The notes under the pieces are model-generated. The model was not told where the DNA came from. It saw only the letters and a list, made by a program, of their open reading frames with translations, and ran no database searches. From Candidatus Kerfeldbacteria bacterium CG15_BIG_FIL_POST_REV_8_21_14_020_45_12 (lineage in GTDB: Bacteria; Patescibacteriota; Patescibacteriia; UBA9570; XYC2-FULL-38-9), in assembly GCA_002781785.1 (NCBI GenBank), contig PFGC01000042.1, positions 14,746 through 69,753 on the forward strand: a DNA stretch of 55,008 nt, in the 5' to 3' direction. How positions within the stretch are numbered: the stretch's first letter is position 1; every line of letters begins with the position of its first letter. The position numbers and the translations under genes are program-made. Of the stretch, positions 26,214-34,751 are shown piece by piece.

Positions 26214-27173
26214 TTACCTATCTAGAAGTTTAGAGAAATATTCCATATATGATCTCTGCATTTGTGCGGTTTGCTTCTCGTGTCCTGGGGGAAAATAGAT
26301 CATAGGCTTACTATTTATCTCCACTAAATATGGACGGCCGCGTTCAAAGAAAAAATCAACTGAAAATAGTTTGTCTGGATATACAGCAAAAGACCTCAAT
26401 ACTCTCTGAACGTAGGGCTTGAGCACCTTTGGAATTTTAGAAATAGGCACAAAAATCACACCTCCACCAAGAGACATATTACATAATTTTGTACCCGGAG
26501 CCGCCGTTCTAATATAAGAAATAATTGGCTTGTCACCTGCAAAGATTATTCTAAAATCATGAATACCTCGATACAATCCAGGGACTCCGCCTTGTGTATC
26601 AACAAACCTCTGCACTATTGTTAAACCACTAATATTAACCTGTCGAGCTTTCTGCTTAGAAATAATCTGTACTCCGTCACCTCCATATCCCAAACGCGGC
26701 TTCATAACAACCTCAGCTGACGGAATCTTTTTTAGAGCCTCGTGCAGATCAGTTTTCGTACGGACTAAAAATGTTTCCGGCGTAAAATCTGCAAAGCTGG
26801 TTGCCGTTAGCATTTTATCAGAAGAAATCAAATCTAGCTCCCAAGCATTTACCACATGAAAGCGCTCATTTATTTCCATTTTTTTTGTGAGCGTGGCATA
26901 GCTGAGTGTGCTCTTGTCCATAATCACATCAGGTAGAATCGGCTTACGCAGTTTTATCCACCGACCACCTTTCCATCCCCACGCCCGCGTAAATGAACCA
27001 TCTTTATACCACTGCTGTGAAAACCTGACTGGCTCCATTCCATATTCATCACGTGCCAAAGTAAAAAATGACTCATACGCCTCTCGTTGATCCGACTTCT
27101 TATCGGAAAAAGGTAGCGGCTGGTTCCAGTCGCTACCGGGGTACATTACTCCAAATATCTTTCGCTTAGCCAT
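26214..27173 (-). CDS. ATP-grasp ligase C (YheC/YheD- or RimK-like)
   Basis: VVMKPRLGYGGDGVQII, HDFRIIFAGDKPIISYIRTA..GTKLCNMSLGGG, and YLVEINSKP. Confidence 0.6.
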   Translation of the reverse strand: MAKRKIFGVMYPGSDWNQPLPFSDKKSDQREAYESFFTLARDEYGMEPVRFSQQWYKDGSFTRAWGWKGGRWIKLRKPILPDVIMDKSTLSYATLTKKMEINERFHVVNAWELDLISSDKMLTATSFADFTPETFLVRTKTDLHEALKKIPSAEVVMKPRLGYGGDGVQIISKQKARQVNISGLTIVQRFVDTQGGVPGLYRGIHDFRIIFAGDKPIISYIRTAAPGTKLCNMSLGGGVIFVPISKIPKVLKPYVQRVLRSFAVYPDKLFSVDFFFERGRPYLVEINSKPMIYFPPGHEKQTAQMQRSYMEYFSKLLDR

Positions 27174-27179
27174 AAAAAA

Positions 27180-28214
27180 TTACTTAAACATGGCTCTTAC
27201 TATCTGACGTGACACATTGCGGGCTTTTCCTTCTTGTGGAAAATGATGCATAGCAAAGTCAGGATGCTGATTTAACTCGAGAACAACGCCATCAGTATGG
27301 CGTACTGACTTGCTAATGTCAGTGCACAAAAAATCAAGTCCAGCCAAACGTAAATTCATCACCTTGCAAATTCTCAGCGCCAGCTCCACATTTGCCTTGC
27401 TGATCTTGTCTGTGACATCGTGAACTTCACCACCAGCACCGAAATTGCAAACGTTTTTTAACATTACTCGTCTATCCGCTGACGGAATAGACCGCATGTT
27501 CAATCGTTGTGACTTTAACTTATTTTTTAGCTCAGCATCAATGCTGATAGGCCCAAGCTTTATCTCGTGAACCTGCTTTCGCTTTTCATTCTTTTCTCTG
27601 ATTAAAGCTCCAATATTACTCACACCGTCACCGACAACATAAGCAGGAATTCTATGTAAAACACCGATTACCTTGTTATCCAAAACTAAAACCCGATAAT
27701 CATTTAAATCCTGATGAAACTCCTCAACCAAAATACTTGAGTAGGTCTGGAAACCTTTCTTCAAGTATCTCATCAAGTCGCGCTGCCCAGAGATATTTGT
27801 AACGACGCCAAGACCCTTTAGCGTGCCGTAGGTAGGTTTAACCACCAATGGAGCTCTTAGACCACTAACACTCCAATCTCCCTTGGCAAAAGACTTTTTC
27901 TGAATTCTAACAGAGCGTGGTACCGGAATTCCAGCATCTCTCAAAATTGAGTTAGTATAAAATTTATGATCCGCAATGTCAGCTCCTACGTAGTTATTCA
28001 AAGACGTAATAGCGCCTCTGATAAAATGACTCTGTCTCCCACAGGAAACTCTGAATATATTTAAATCTTCATAGACATCAACTCGGTACTTCAGATCAAG
28101 AGCCTCCTCTGCAAGTAAACGCGAGAGTGGTCGCAAATTACCAAGCAAACTTTGAGCGTTGTCTTTGGTGATCCGGATAAGTGAATTCGACATAAAAAAA
28201 GTATTAGTCAACAA
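27180..28214 (-). CDS. ATP-grasp ligase B, cyanophycin-synthetase G-domain-like, no Mur-ligase domain
   Basis: ADHKFYTNSILRDAGIPVP, LVVKPTYGTLKGLGVVTNI, YVVGDGVSNIGALIREKNEKR, LAGLDFLCTDISK, VLELNQHPDFAMHHFPQEGKARNV. Confidence 0.7.
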   Translation of the reverse strand: MLTNTFFMSNSLIRITKDNAQSLLGNLRPLSRLLAEEALDLKYRVDVYEDLNIFRVSCGRQSHFIRGAITSLNNYVGADIADHKFYTNSILRDAGIPVPRSVRIQKKSFAKGDWSVSGLRAPLVVKPTYGTLKGLGVVTNISGQRDLMRYLKKGFQTYSSILVEEFHQDLNDYRVLVLDNKVIGVLHRIPAYVVGDGVSNIGALIREKNEKRKQVHEIKLGPISIDAELKNKLKSQRLNMRSIPSADRRVMLKNVCNFGAGGEVHDVTDKISKANVELALRICKVMNLRLAGLDFLCTDISKSVRHTDGVVLELNQHPDFAMHHFPQEGKARNVSRQIVRAMFK

Positions 28215-29241
28215 AAACCGCTTTCATTAATTCAGGAATCACATCAGTCGGCCCTCCTGCTCTAGGAAAATAATGCAGAACAACACCTGGAGATGCGTTA
28301 ACTTCTAAAATACCACCATTGCCTGGACCTATCGGTTTTGTAATATCATGGCAAAGCACGTCTACACCAGCCAAGCGTAACCCCATGGCTTCTGTAGCTC
28401 TGACCGCAAAATCAATATTAGCTTGTGCTACTTGATCGGTGCAATTAACAGAGTAACCACCGCTTGATAAATTAGCTACATTCATTAACCGAACATTAAC
28501 TCCATTTTCTGGAATATCCGCAATACGAAATCCCTGTTCCGCCAAGGTTTGATGCAACTCACGGCCCACTCTAACAGCTCCAAATCTAAGCTTCCACTCC
28601 TTACGTCTTTTGGCATTAACCGCATGAATCAATTCTTCTATAGTACTTGTACCGTCACCAACAACCTCTCCGGGATGACGCTGCGCAGCTGCCAATAACT
28701 TGCCGTCAAGCACCAACAACCGATGATCAGTCATGCGGCCGTAATATTCTTCAATAATAACTGATCCATACAATTCAAAAGACTCATCTAGAACATCAAA
28801 AAGAGTTGGCTCATCAACAATGTTTGTCACAACACCTTGACCCTTAAGAGTTCCCACCTCTGGCTTAACCACCAGTGGAAAAACATCCGGTCGTGAAAAA
28901 CCAAGCGCACTAACAGTTCGACTTGTTAGTCTTCTATACTCAACTCTTGGCAAAGAAATACCACTTGGACAAGGCACGCCCTCCTGAGCAAAGCGCTCCT
29001 TCGCCATACCCTTGTGGTCAGCTAGATAAGTTGCAGATCCATCATTCAATGGAACAATTGCATCAACTACTAAAGCTGATTTACCCTGATGAGACATTCT
29101 GAATACTCGCTTTGGGATAAGATATTCTACGGAATATCCCAGCTTAGTTGCCGCCTTGGCATATTCATTATTCATCCATTCCCAAGACAACATGACCGGC
29201 GGATCGTTTGCAACGTCGTCCAAAGCAATAATAGAATTCAT
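28204..29241 (-). CDS. ATP-grasp ligase A, paralog of B (cyanophycin-synthetase G-domain-like)
   Basis: LVVKPEVGTLKGQGVVTNI, EVVGDGTSTIEELIHAVNAKRR, LAGVDVLCHDITK, ILEVNASPGVVLHYFPRAGGP. It overlaps B by 11 nt. Confidence 0.7.
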   Translation of the reverse strand: MNSIIALDDVANDPPVMLSWEWMNNEYAKAATKLGYSVEYLIPKRVFRMSHQGKSALVVDAIVPLNDGSATYLADHKGMAKERFAQEGVPCPSGISLPRVEYRRLTSRTVSALGFSRPDVFPLVVKPEVGTLKGQGVVTNIVDEPTLFDVLDESFELYGSVIIEEYYGRMTDHRLLVLDGKLLAAAQRHPGEVVGDGTSTIEELIHAVNAKRRKEWKLRFGAVRVGRELHQTLAEQGFRIADIPENGVNVRLMNVANLSSGGYSVNCTDQVAQANIDFAVRATEAMGLRLAGVDVLCHDITKPIGPGNGGILEVNASPGVVLHYFPRAGGPTDVIPELMKAVFVD

Positions 29242-29253
29242 GTAATCTTTTTT

Positions 29254-29517
29254 CTAATCTTCGGTTCTATATCTCTCCTTCAAGCTATCTATAGTATTTT
29301 CGACAGTCTCGAGTGTTTTTTTCAATTCCTCCGCTAATTGCAGTCCTCGCTCAAATCTCTTTAACCCTTCGTCTAGCGAAACCTCCTCTTCATCAAAGGA
29401 GGCTACAATTTCTTCAAGCTCAGTAAACTGCTTCGCAAATGATTGAGCAGCCACAGCTTTTGAGCCGGCCTTCTTACTCACAGTTGGAATGGCTTTTTTT
29501 GCGGACATAGTAGTCAC
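29254..29517 (-). CDS. xseB: Exodeoxyribonuclease VII small subunit
   Basis: FTELEEIVASFDEEEVSLDEGLKRFERGLQLAEELKKTL, with a Lys/Ala-rich N-terminal extension. Confidence 0.85.
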   Translation of the reverse strand: MTTMSAKKAIPTVSKKAGSKAVAAQSFAKQFTELEEIVASFDEEEVSLDEGLKRFERGLQLAEELKKTLETVENTIDSLKERYRTED

Positions 29518-29523
29518 ATTGTA

Positions 29524-30696
29524 CTATTTTTTCGACGTTTCGTCAATGGTTGATCGCGCCGTACCATCAGCAAACCTTAATTCAACCTGCTGCCCAGGCG
29601 TCAGCCGCTCAACTCCTGAAATAATCTTACCATCCACCCCCAATACCATAGAATATCCTCTTTTTAGAACTTCCTGGGGATTGAATGACTGAAGTAATTG
29701 AACAGCGTGGTCCAAGCGCTCCCTCGACACAGCCACCGAATTTATAAATCTCTCAAATCCTATTCTAAGACGTCTATCTAGATCAGCTGTTTGAGTTAAC
29801 TGTAAACGAGTCTGCTGATCCAATTTATCAACGGCGCTAGCAACAGAATCTTGTCGTCTTCGTAAAATTTCGCGTAATTGACGCTCCAAGCGATCAGTTA
29901 TCTGCGCAAGCTCTAGTGTCACATCACGCTTATCTGGAACCATTATTTCAGCAGCGTTAGATGGTGTAGAAGCCCTCACGTCAGCCACTAAATCTGCCAA
30001 GGTCACATCTCGTTCGTGCCCTACTCCAGAAACTACTGGAATGTTACAAGCAAAAATCGCCCGAACAATTTCTTCAGAATTAAAAGCTTGCAAATCTTCT
30101 AGGGAACCGCCTCCGCGAGTAAGCAAGATACAATTCAAATCTTTTTGTTCTTCACTCATTTGCTGCAGCGCCTTAACAATTGAAGGTACTGCTCTGGCTC
30201 CCTGTACGCTAACGTTAGCATGAAGAACTTCAAGTCCCGCCCAACGATTCTTTAATACTCTTAGAACGTCCGTATATGCTGCGGCGTCACTACTTGTTAT
30301 CAAGCCTATTTTTCTAGGAAAACGTGGTAGCTGGCGCTTTCGTGATTCATCAAAAAGACCTTCCTGTTCCAATTTACTTTTTAAAAACTCATACGCCTGT
30401 TTCAAGCCGCCCTCCCCAACTAACTCCACTTGTCTCGGACGAAAAACATATTGCCCTTTTTTAAATGTTGTTGGTGACCCCACTAACCGAACTTCCATAC
30501 CATCTTTTAACGATACCTTTAACTGAAAGGCCATCATGAAACATTGAACTGAGGTATCTTCATCAACCAGTGTAAACCACACGAATCTATTCTGAGAAAC
30601 ACGAAAGTCAGAAATTTCACCTTGAACAGCTACTGTTACTTGTCCTAGCAGCTCATTAATTTCGTCTCTAAACTCGGAAACAGAGTAAATGTGCAT
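29524..30696 (-). CDS. xseA: Exodeoxyribonuclease VII large subunit
   Basis: OB-fold N-terminus (VAVQGEISDFRV..FVWFTLVDE), IGLITSSDAAAYTDVL, LLTRGGGSLEDLQAFNSEE, PVVSGVGHERD. Confidence 0.92.
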   Translation of the reverse strand: MHIYSVSEFRDEINELLGQVTVAVQGEISDFRVSQNRFVWFTLVDEDTSVQCFMMAFQLKVSLKDGMEVRLVGSPTTFKKGQYVFRPRQVELVGEGGLKQAYEFLKSKLEQEGLFDESRKRQLPRFPRKIGLITSSDAAAYTDVLRVLKNRWAGLEVLHANVSVQGARAVPSIVKALQQMSEEQKDLNCILLTRGGGSLEDLQAFNSEEIVRAIFACNIPVVSGVGHERDVTLADLVADVRASTPSNAAEIMVPDKRDVTLELAQITDRLERQLREILRRRQDSVASAVDKLDQQTRLQLTQTADLDRRLRIGFERFINSVAVSRERLDHAVQLLQSFNPQEVLKRGYSMVLGVDGKIISGVERLTPGQQVELRFADGTARSTIDETSKK

Positions 30697-30938
30697 TACT
30701 TATGACGCAATTCAAAAGTCCACTCTGATTCTCTGTAAATATGATAGTACCTATCATCTGACAATTTCACTGCCCTGAATTCACCTCTGGGAATTTCTAA
30801 TATTTCTACCCTAAGCTCCTCTGATGAATGCAGGCCTCGATAGAGTCTTTTTAGCTCCTCCTCTGATATCCCTTCACCAGCAACTAGGTGATAAGTTACC
30901 TCAGCCTCACCGGGAGTGCTACTAAAATGAATATTCAT
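30696..30938 (-). CDS. Hypothetical protein (80 aa)
   Basis: This ORF exactly fills the space between the HAD gene and xseA, overlapping both by 1-4 nt. No recognisable motif. Confidence 0.4.
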   Translation of the reverse strand: MNIHFSSTPGEAEVTYHLVAGEGISEEELKRLYRGLHSSEELRVEILEIPRGEFRAVKLSDDRYYHIYRESEWTFELRHK

Positions 30939-31525
30939 AAAACTAAACCTAATGATAATTCATTTACTTCTTCAGTGTACCACTGACAAGCCTCATCAAC
31001 ATATGGGGTACCCGTTCGTCGAAGCCAAATATATTTAGCCTGAGGCATGGCACTATACATAGAATCAATCTCAGAACCTCGATCATTTATCACTATCACC
31101 TCTCGTCCAGCGTACTGTTGAATTGATTCTGCCTTATCACCATCCGTGGTAATGACATGGTCAGCAAAAACCCCAACGCCTGAGTCTCTAATTTTACGAT
31201 CCTGCCAGACAGGCGATCCAAAAGATAAAATAGTAACATCTGCTTCTTGAATGTTTTTCAAAAATGGCCACACATCAGGATATACAAACTGCTCTGCATT
31301 TTCCAATACTTTCATGGAAGTTTCAACCAACTGCTCTATTGCGCCTCCCTTTGCTAATAAAGCCAGGTGAGCTTCAAGCGTATACAACCCGTCAGCTTTA
31401 ACCTGCCGCTCAGTATCACGGTACCAACCTTCAGTAACACCATAACTTGCTAGCGCCTCTATCAATGCCTGGCGCATTGCTTCGGTGTTAAATAGTGTGT
31501 AGTCAAAATCTAGAATGTAGCGCAT
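30935..31525 (-). CDS. HAD-superfamily hydrolase
   Basis: Motif I YILDFDYTLFNT (DxDxT) at the N-terminus. 196 aa, with a late acidic motif VIVINDRGSEID. Confidence 0.7.
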   Translation of the reverse strand: MRYILDFDYTLFNTEAMRQALIEALASYGVTEGWYRDTERQVKADGLYTLEAHLALLAKGGAIEQLVETSMKVLENAEQFVYPDVWPFLKNIQEADVTILSFGSPVWQDRKIRDSGVGVFADHVITTDGDKAESIQQYAGREVIVINDRGSEIDSMYSAMPQAKYIWLRRTGTPYVDEACQWYTEEVNELSLGLVL

Positions 31526-32415
31526 AGTCGTAATAGTGCCTGAGCTGCTAGTAAACCGTCAACTCTACCTGGCTTATCTGAAGTAGCAAGCGCCACCGCA
31601 GTCCAACTTGGACCAGCAGCAGGTTCATATTTAACAATTTCTACATCCTGTGAAGCTGGGACCGAATTATCATCTGCGATAACGTGCGTTAAGATCGCTG
31701 GACTTAGGTAACGCTGAATCTCATTGGCAAAGTCACCACTCGAAAAACCATGTGTTTCACCTTGCTTGGTAGCTCGGTTACAAATATACACAACCGGCAT
31801 GCCAGCCTCAGACAAAGCTTGGGCCATGCCATTTACTAACAGGTTTGGAATAATGCTTGTGTACAAATCTCCCATGGTTAAAACAACAACATCAGCTTGC
31901 TTAATAGCTAGTCGCGCCGGTTCATATAAATCCACCGGTGGCTGAATGGTCAGTCGCCGAATGTGCAAATTAGAATCATGCCGTGGAACATCAATGTGAG
32001 TTTCACCGTGAACAAGAGTCGTGCCATCATTATATTCAGCTATTAGGCCAGACGGATTAATGGATACTGGTAATACTCGATGGGTTAAATTTAACTTGGA
32101 CTCCAAACTCACAAGACCCGCTCCGATGTCACCATTATGCTCCTGAATAGACTTTAGTATTTCTAAATTTCCAATCGGATCGCCGTTTGCGTCTCTCTCA
32201 TTCCAACGATCGTACACGGAATCATCTGGCGCTAAAGCTGCGAGATTCCGTCGTAAATCTCCCGGTGGCACAATTCCATGCAGTTCTCTCATTTTTCCAC
32301 TAGAACCTCCATCATCCATCACTGACACAATAGCTGTAAGTCGGTGACCACTATCTCGCAGTGCTCGTAATAATGTCGACTGGCCCTTACCGCCACCAAT
32401 AGTAACAATATTCAT
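31510..32415 (-). CDS. YvcK/CofD-family (UPF0052) protein, gluconeogenesis/cell-shape factor type
   Basis: MNIVTIGGGKGQSTLLRAL, VSVMDDGGSSG, VVLTMGDLYTSIIPNLLV. Confidence 0.85.
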   Translation of the reverse strand: MNIVTIGGGKGQSTLLRALRDSGHRLTAIVSVMDDGGSSGKMRELHGIVPPGDLRRNLAALAPDDSVYDRWNERDANGDPIGNLEILKSIQEHNGDIGAGLVSLESKLNLTHRVLPVSINPSGLIAEYNDGTTLVHGETHIDVPRHDSNLHIRRLTIQPPVDLYEPARLAIKQADVVVLTMGDLYTSIIPNLLVNGMAQALSEAGMPVVYICNRATKQGETHGFSSGDFANEIQRYLSPAILTHVIADDNSVPASQDVEIVKYEPAAGPSWTAVALATSDKPGRVDGLLAAQALLRLCATF

Positions 32416-32425
32416 ATTACGTAGC

Positions 32426-33151
32426 TTACACCAAGTTATGACGATGCAAAAATGACTCCACTAAAGGTACGTCCTCTGGTCGACCAAGGTCAACCCAATC
32501 CCCCTCGAACTCATGAACACGGACACGCTGCTGCGCTGCTAAGATATTGATCGCGTCAGTCAACTCATATTCTCCACGAGGAGATGGGGCCAAAGTCTTC
32601 ACCGCTGAAAAAATATCAGGCTGAAAAGAATATACTCCAATATTAATTAGGTTACCCAAAGGCTCTTGAGGCTTCTCTACAACCTTTTTCAATAATCCAT
32701 CATCATCTACGGACAACACTCCATAATACTGAGGCTCGGGATGCCTCAAACCAACAATGTGACTTAGGCCATCATCTACTTGCACCGATTGCAACACATC
32801 ACTTGTCATCAATGCGTCTCCATTAATAAACACAAAGGAATTATTACCCACCTCCTCAGCCACTGCTTCAACTACAGCTGCCGTACCATACCGCTCATTC
32901 ATTTGTTCACCTTGATCTACCAACAGGTAATCGTCTGCCTGATTTGAAAAAAAATCTCTCATCTGACTAGATTCATGTCCAATGGTTACTATCACTCGTG
33001 AAAACCCAACTTCACGCACTATCGACAAAAGGTAATGTAAAAAAGGTTTCCCCAAAACTGGGATCAAGTGCTTGGGCGTATCTGGATAAGCATCCTGTAA
33101 ACGAGTGCCTCGTCCAGCTGCTGCTATAACAATTGTTTCAATTTTTTTCAT
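32426..33151 (-). CDS. Sugar-phosphate nucleotidyltransferase
   Basis: IAAAGRGTRL..PKHLIPVLGKP loop, FINGDALM, and EYELTDAI. Confidence 0.8.
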   Translation of the reverse strand: MKKIETIVIAAAGRGTRLQDAYPDTPKHLIPVLGKPFLHYLLSIVREVGFSRVIVTIGHESSQMRDFFSNQADDYLLVDQGEQMNERYGTAAVVEAVAEEVGNNSFVFINGDALMTSDVLQSVQVDDGLSHIVGLRHPEPQYYGVLSVDDDGLLKKVVEKPQEPLGNLINIGVYSFQPDIFSAVKTLAPSPRGEYELTDAINILAAQQRVRVHEFEGDWVDLGRPEDVPLVESFLHRHNLV

Positions 33152-34140
33152 CGTAGTCGTCTAACAATATCATACAAGGCGTACCAACGAGTTTTTAATG
33201 GAAAATCAACTGTCCCAGGATACACAAACTCAGCACCTCCAAAACCGCTTTTAAACCTCGTCACACCTGACAACTTATGCTTGGACATATCAGCCGGTGC
33301 CACTCCGTACATGTCATACCAATGATAACCAGCGACCTGTGCGCGTTCTATCGCCGCCAGCTGAAGTGCATACGGCGCCATGACCTGCTTATCATTTTCT
33401 GTAGATGCCCCGTGAACATAAGTCATCGTATCACCGCATCCTATCATCAAATTCATCGCCAACAACTGACCGTTATACTCGGCCCGAGCTATTTCTAAAA
33501 TCCCTTCTTCACCAAGGTCTTGTATCATCGCCACATAATATTCACGATTGTGGTGACGAATTCCGTGACGCTGACTTGTTTCCGTTAATAATTTCCAAAA
33601 ATCCTCGGCCTGCTTGTCCCAATTTGGTTTACCCAAAGCTGATACGAAAGAAACCTTAACTCCCTTTTTTTCCGCCAACCTGCAATTGTAACGAGTCTTT
33701 TGCTTCATGCCAATCATAACCTTATCCATACCAACCTGCAGATCAAGCATCTGTGTGACCGCTGGCTGAACATCTGGTATTGATATGGCAGACTGAGGCA
33801 TTTTCCCGCTACTTGGCTCAAGCCTCCAAAACAATAGGCCTTTATATTTACTCAATCGTCTACGAACAAGCTCATACACCTCTGATTGGCGATTAAAATC
33901 TGTAGACCAAACCGGTCCCCGCGGAGAAAAAACGTATGACCGCCCCAACGGAAGCTCGTGAGTAACAAATTGAGCGGCTCCCAATATTCTATCTTCCTCA
34001 ACAAATTGTAGCCGCTCTATTGATCGCCCAACCTCTTGCTGAAAAGTTCCCCATTCCCACATCTGTAAAAAGGACGACCTAGGTAACGAAGCTACGTAGT
34101 CATTCCACACATCTGAATTATTAATCTCAACTATGTTCAT
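33148..34140 (-). CDS. FemAB-family peptidoglycan interpeptide-bridge aminoacyltransferase
   Basis: SFLQMWEWGTFQ, KTRYNCR, WYDMYGV, GVTRFKSGFGG. Confidence 0.8.
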   Translation of the reverse strand: MNIVEINNSDVWNDYVASLPRSSFLQMWEWGTFQQEVGRSIERLQFVEEDRILGAAQFVTHELPLGRSYVFSPRGPVWSTDFNRQSEVYELVRRRLSKYKGLLFWRLEPSSGKMPQSAISIPDVQPAVTQMLDLQVGMDKVMIGMKQKTRYNCRLAEKKGVKVSFVSALGKPNWDKQAEDFWKLLTETSQRHGIRHHNREYYVAMIQDLGEEGILEIARAEYNGQLLAMNLMIGCGDTMTYVHGASTENDKQVMAPYALQLAAIERAQVAGYHWYDMYGVAPADMSKHKLSGVTRFKSGFGGAEFVYPGTVDFPLKTRWYALYDIVRRLR

Positions 34141-34143
34141 GGG

Positions 34144-34719
34144 TCACCTAGCCACCTTTTTCAACGCAGCCCGCACTTGTTCCTCCACTGATAGATCCGC
34201 GTCCAACCCTTGCAGAGCTTCAACGGCCTCTGCCCGATTGTAGCCTAAGGACATCAAGGCATCTATGGCCGTTAAAACGGCTTCAACCTCACCGGAACCT
34301 CCAGTTTCAATCTCTGCATCAACACCAATAGATTCTTTTAAATCAAACACAATCCGCTCCGCCGTTTTTTTACCTACACCACTAATACTAGTTAACACAG
34401 AAACATCACCGTGAATTATGGCTCGCTTTATTACTGGGGTTTCAAGTTGTGACAATACTGCTAAAGCCAGCTTAGTGCCTACCCCCGAAACTTTAATAAG
34501 CTGACGGAAAAAAAGTAGATCCGAACGTTCAGTAAAACCATATAAATCCAAGGCGTCTTCCCGAATGTGCTGATGAGTGTGCAGAGAAACATCCTGACCC
34601 AGCTGCCATTGTTCAGTTAACCTTTCAGGCACTGAAACCATGTACCCTAAACCATTAATCAAAACAACCACACCTTCTTCATCGATATCCTGTATTTTTC
34701 CCTCAATATAGGCAATCAT
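34144..34719 (-). CDS. ruvA: Holliday junction branch-migration complex subunit RuvA
   Basis: MIAYIEGKI, HhH pairs LIKVSGVGTKLALAVLS and ISGVGKKTAERIV, and a C-terminal domain III. Confidence 0.92.
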   Translation of the reverse strand: MIAYIEGKIQDIDEEGVVVLINGLGYMVSVPERLTEQWQLGQDVSLHTHQHIREDALDLYGFTERSDLLFFRQLIKVSGVGTKLALAVLSQLETPVIKRAIIHGDVSVLTSISGVGKKTAERIVFDLKESIGVDAEIETGGSGEVEAVLTAIDALMSLGYNRAEAVEALQGLDADLSVEEQVRAALKKVAR

Positions 34720-34751
34720 TGGGCTATTGTATCACTGAGAGCCCAACCCGA

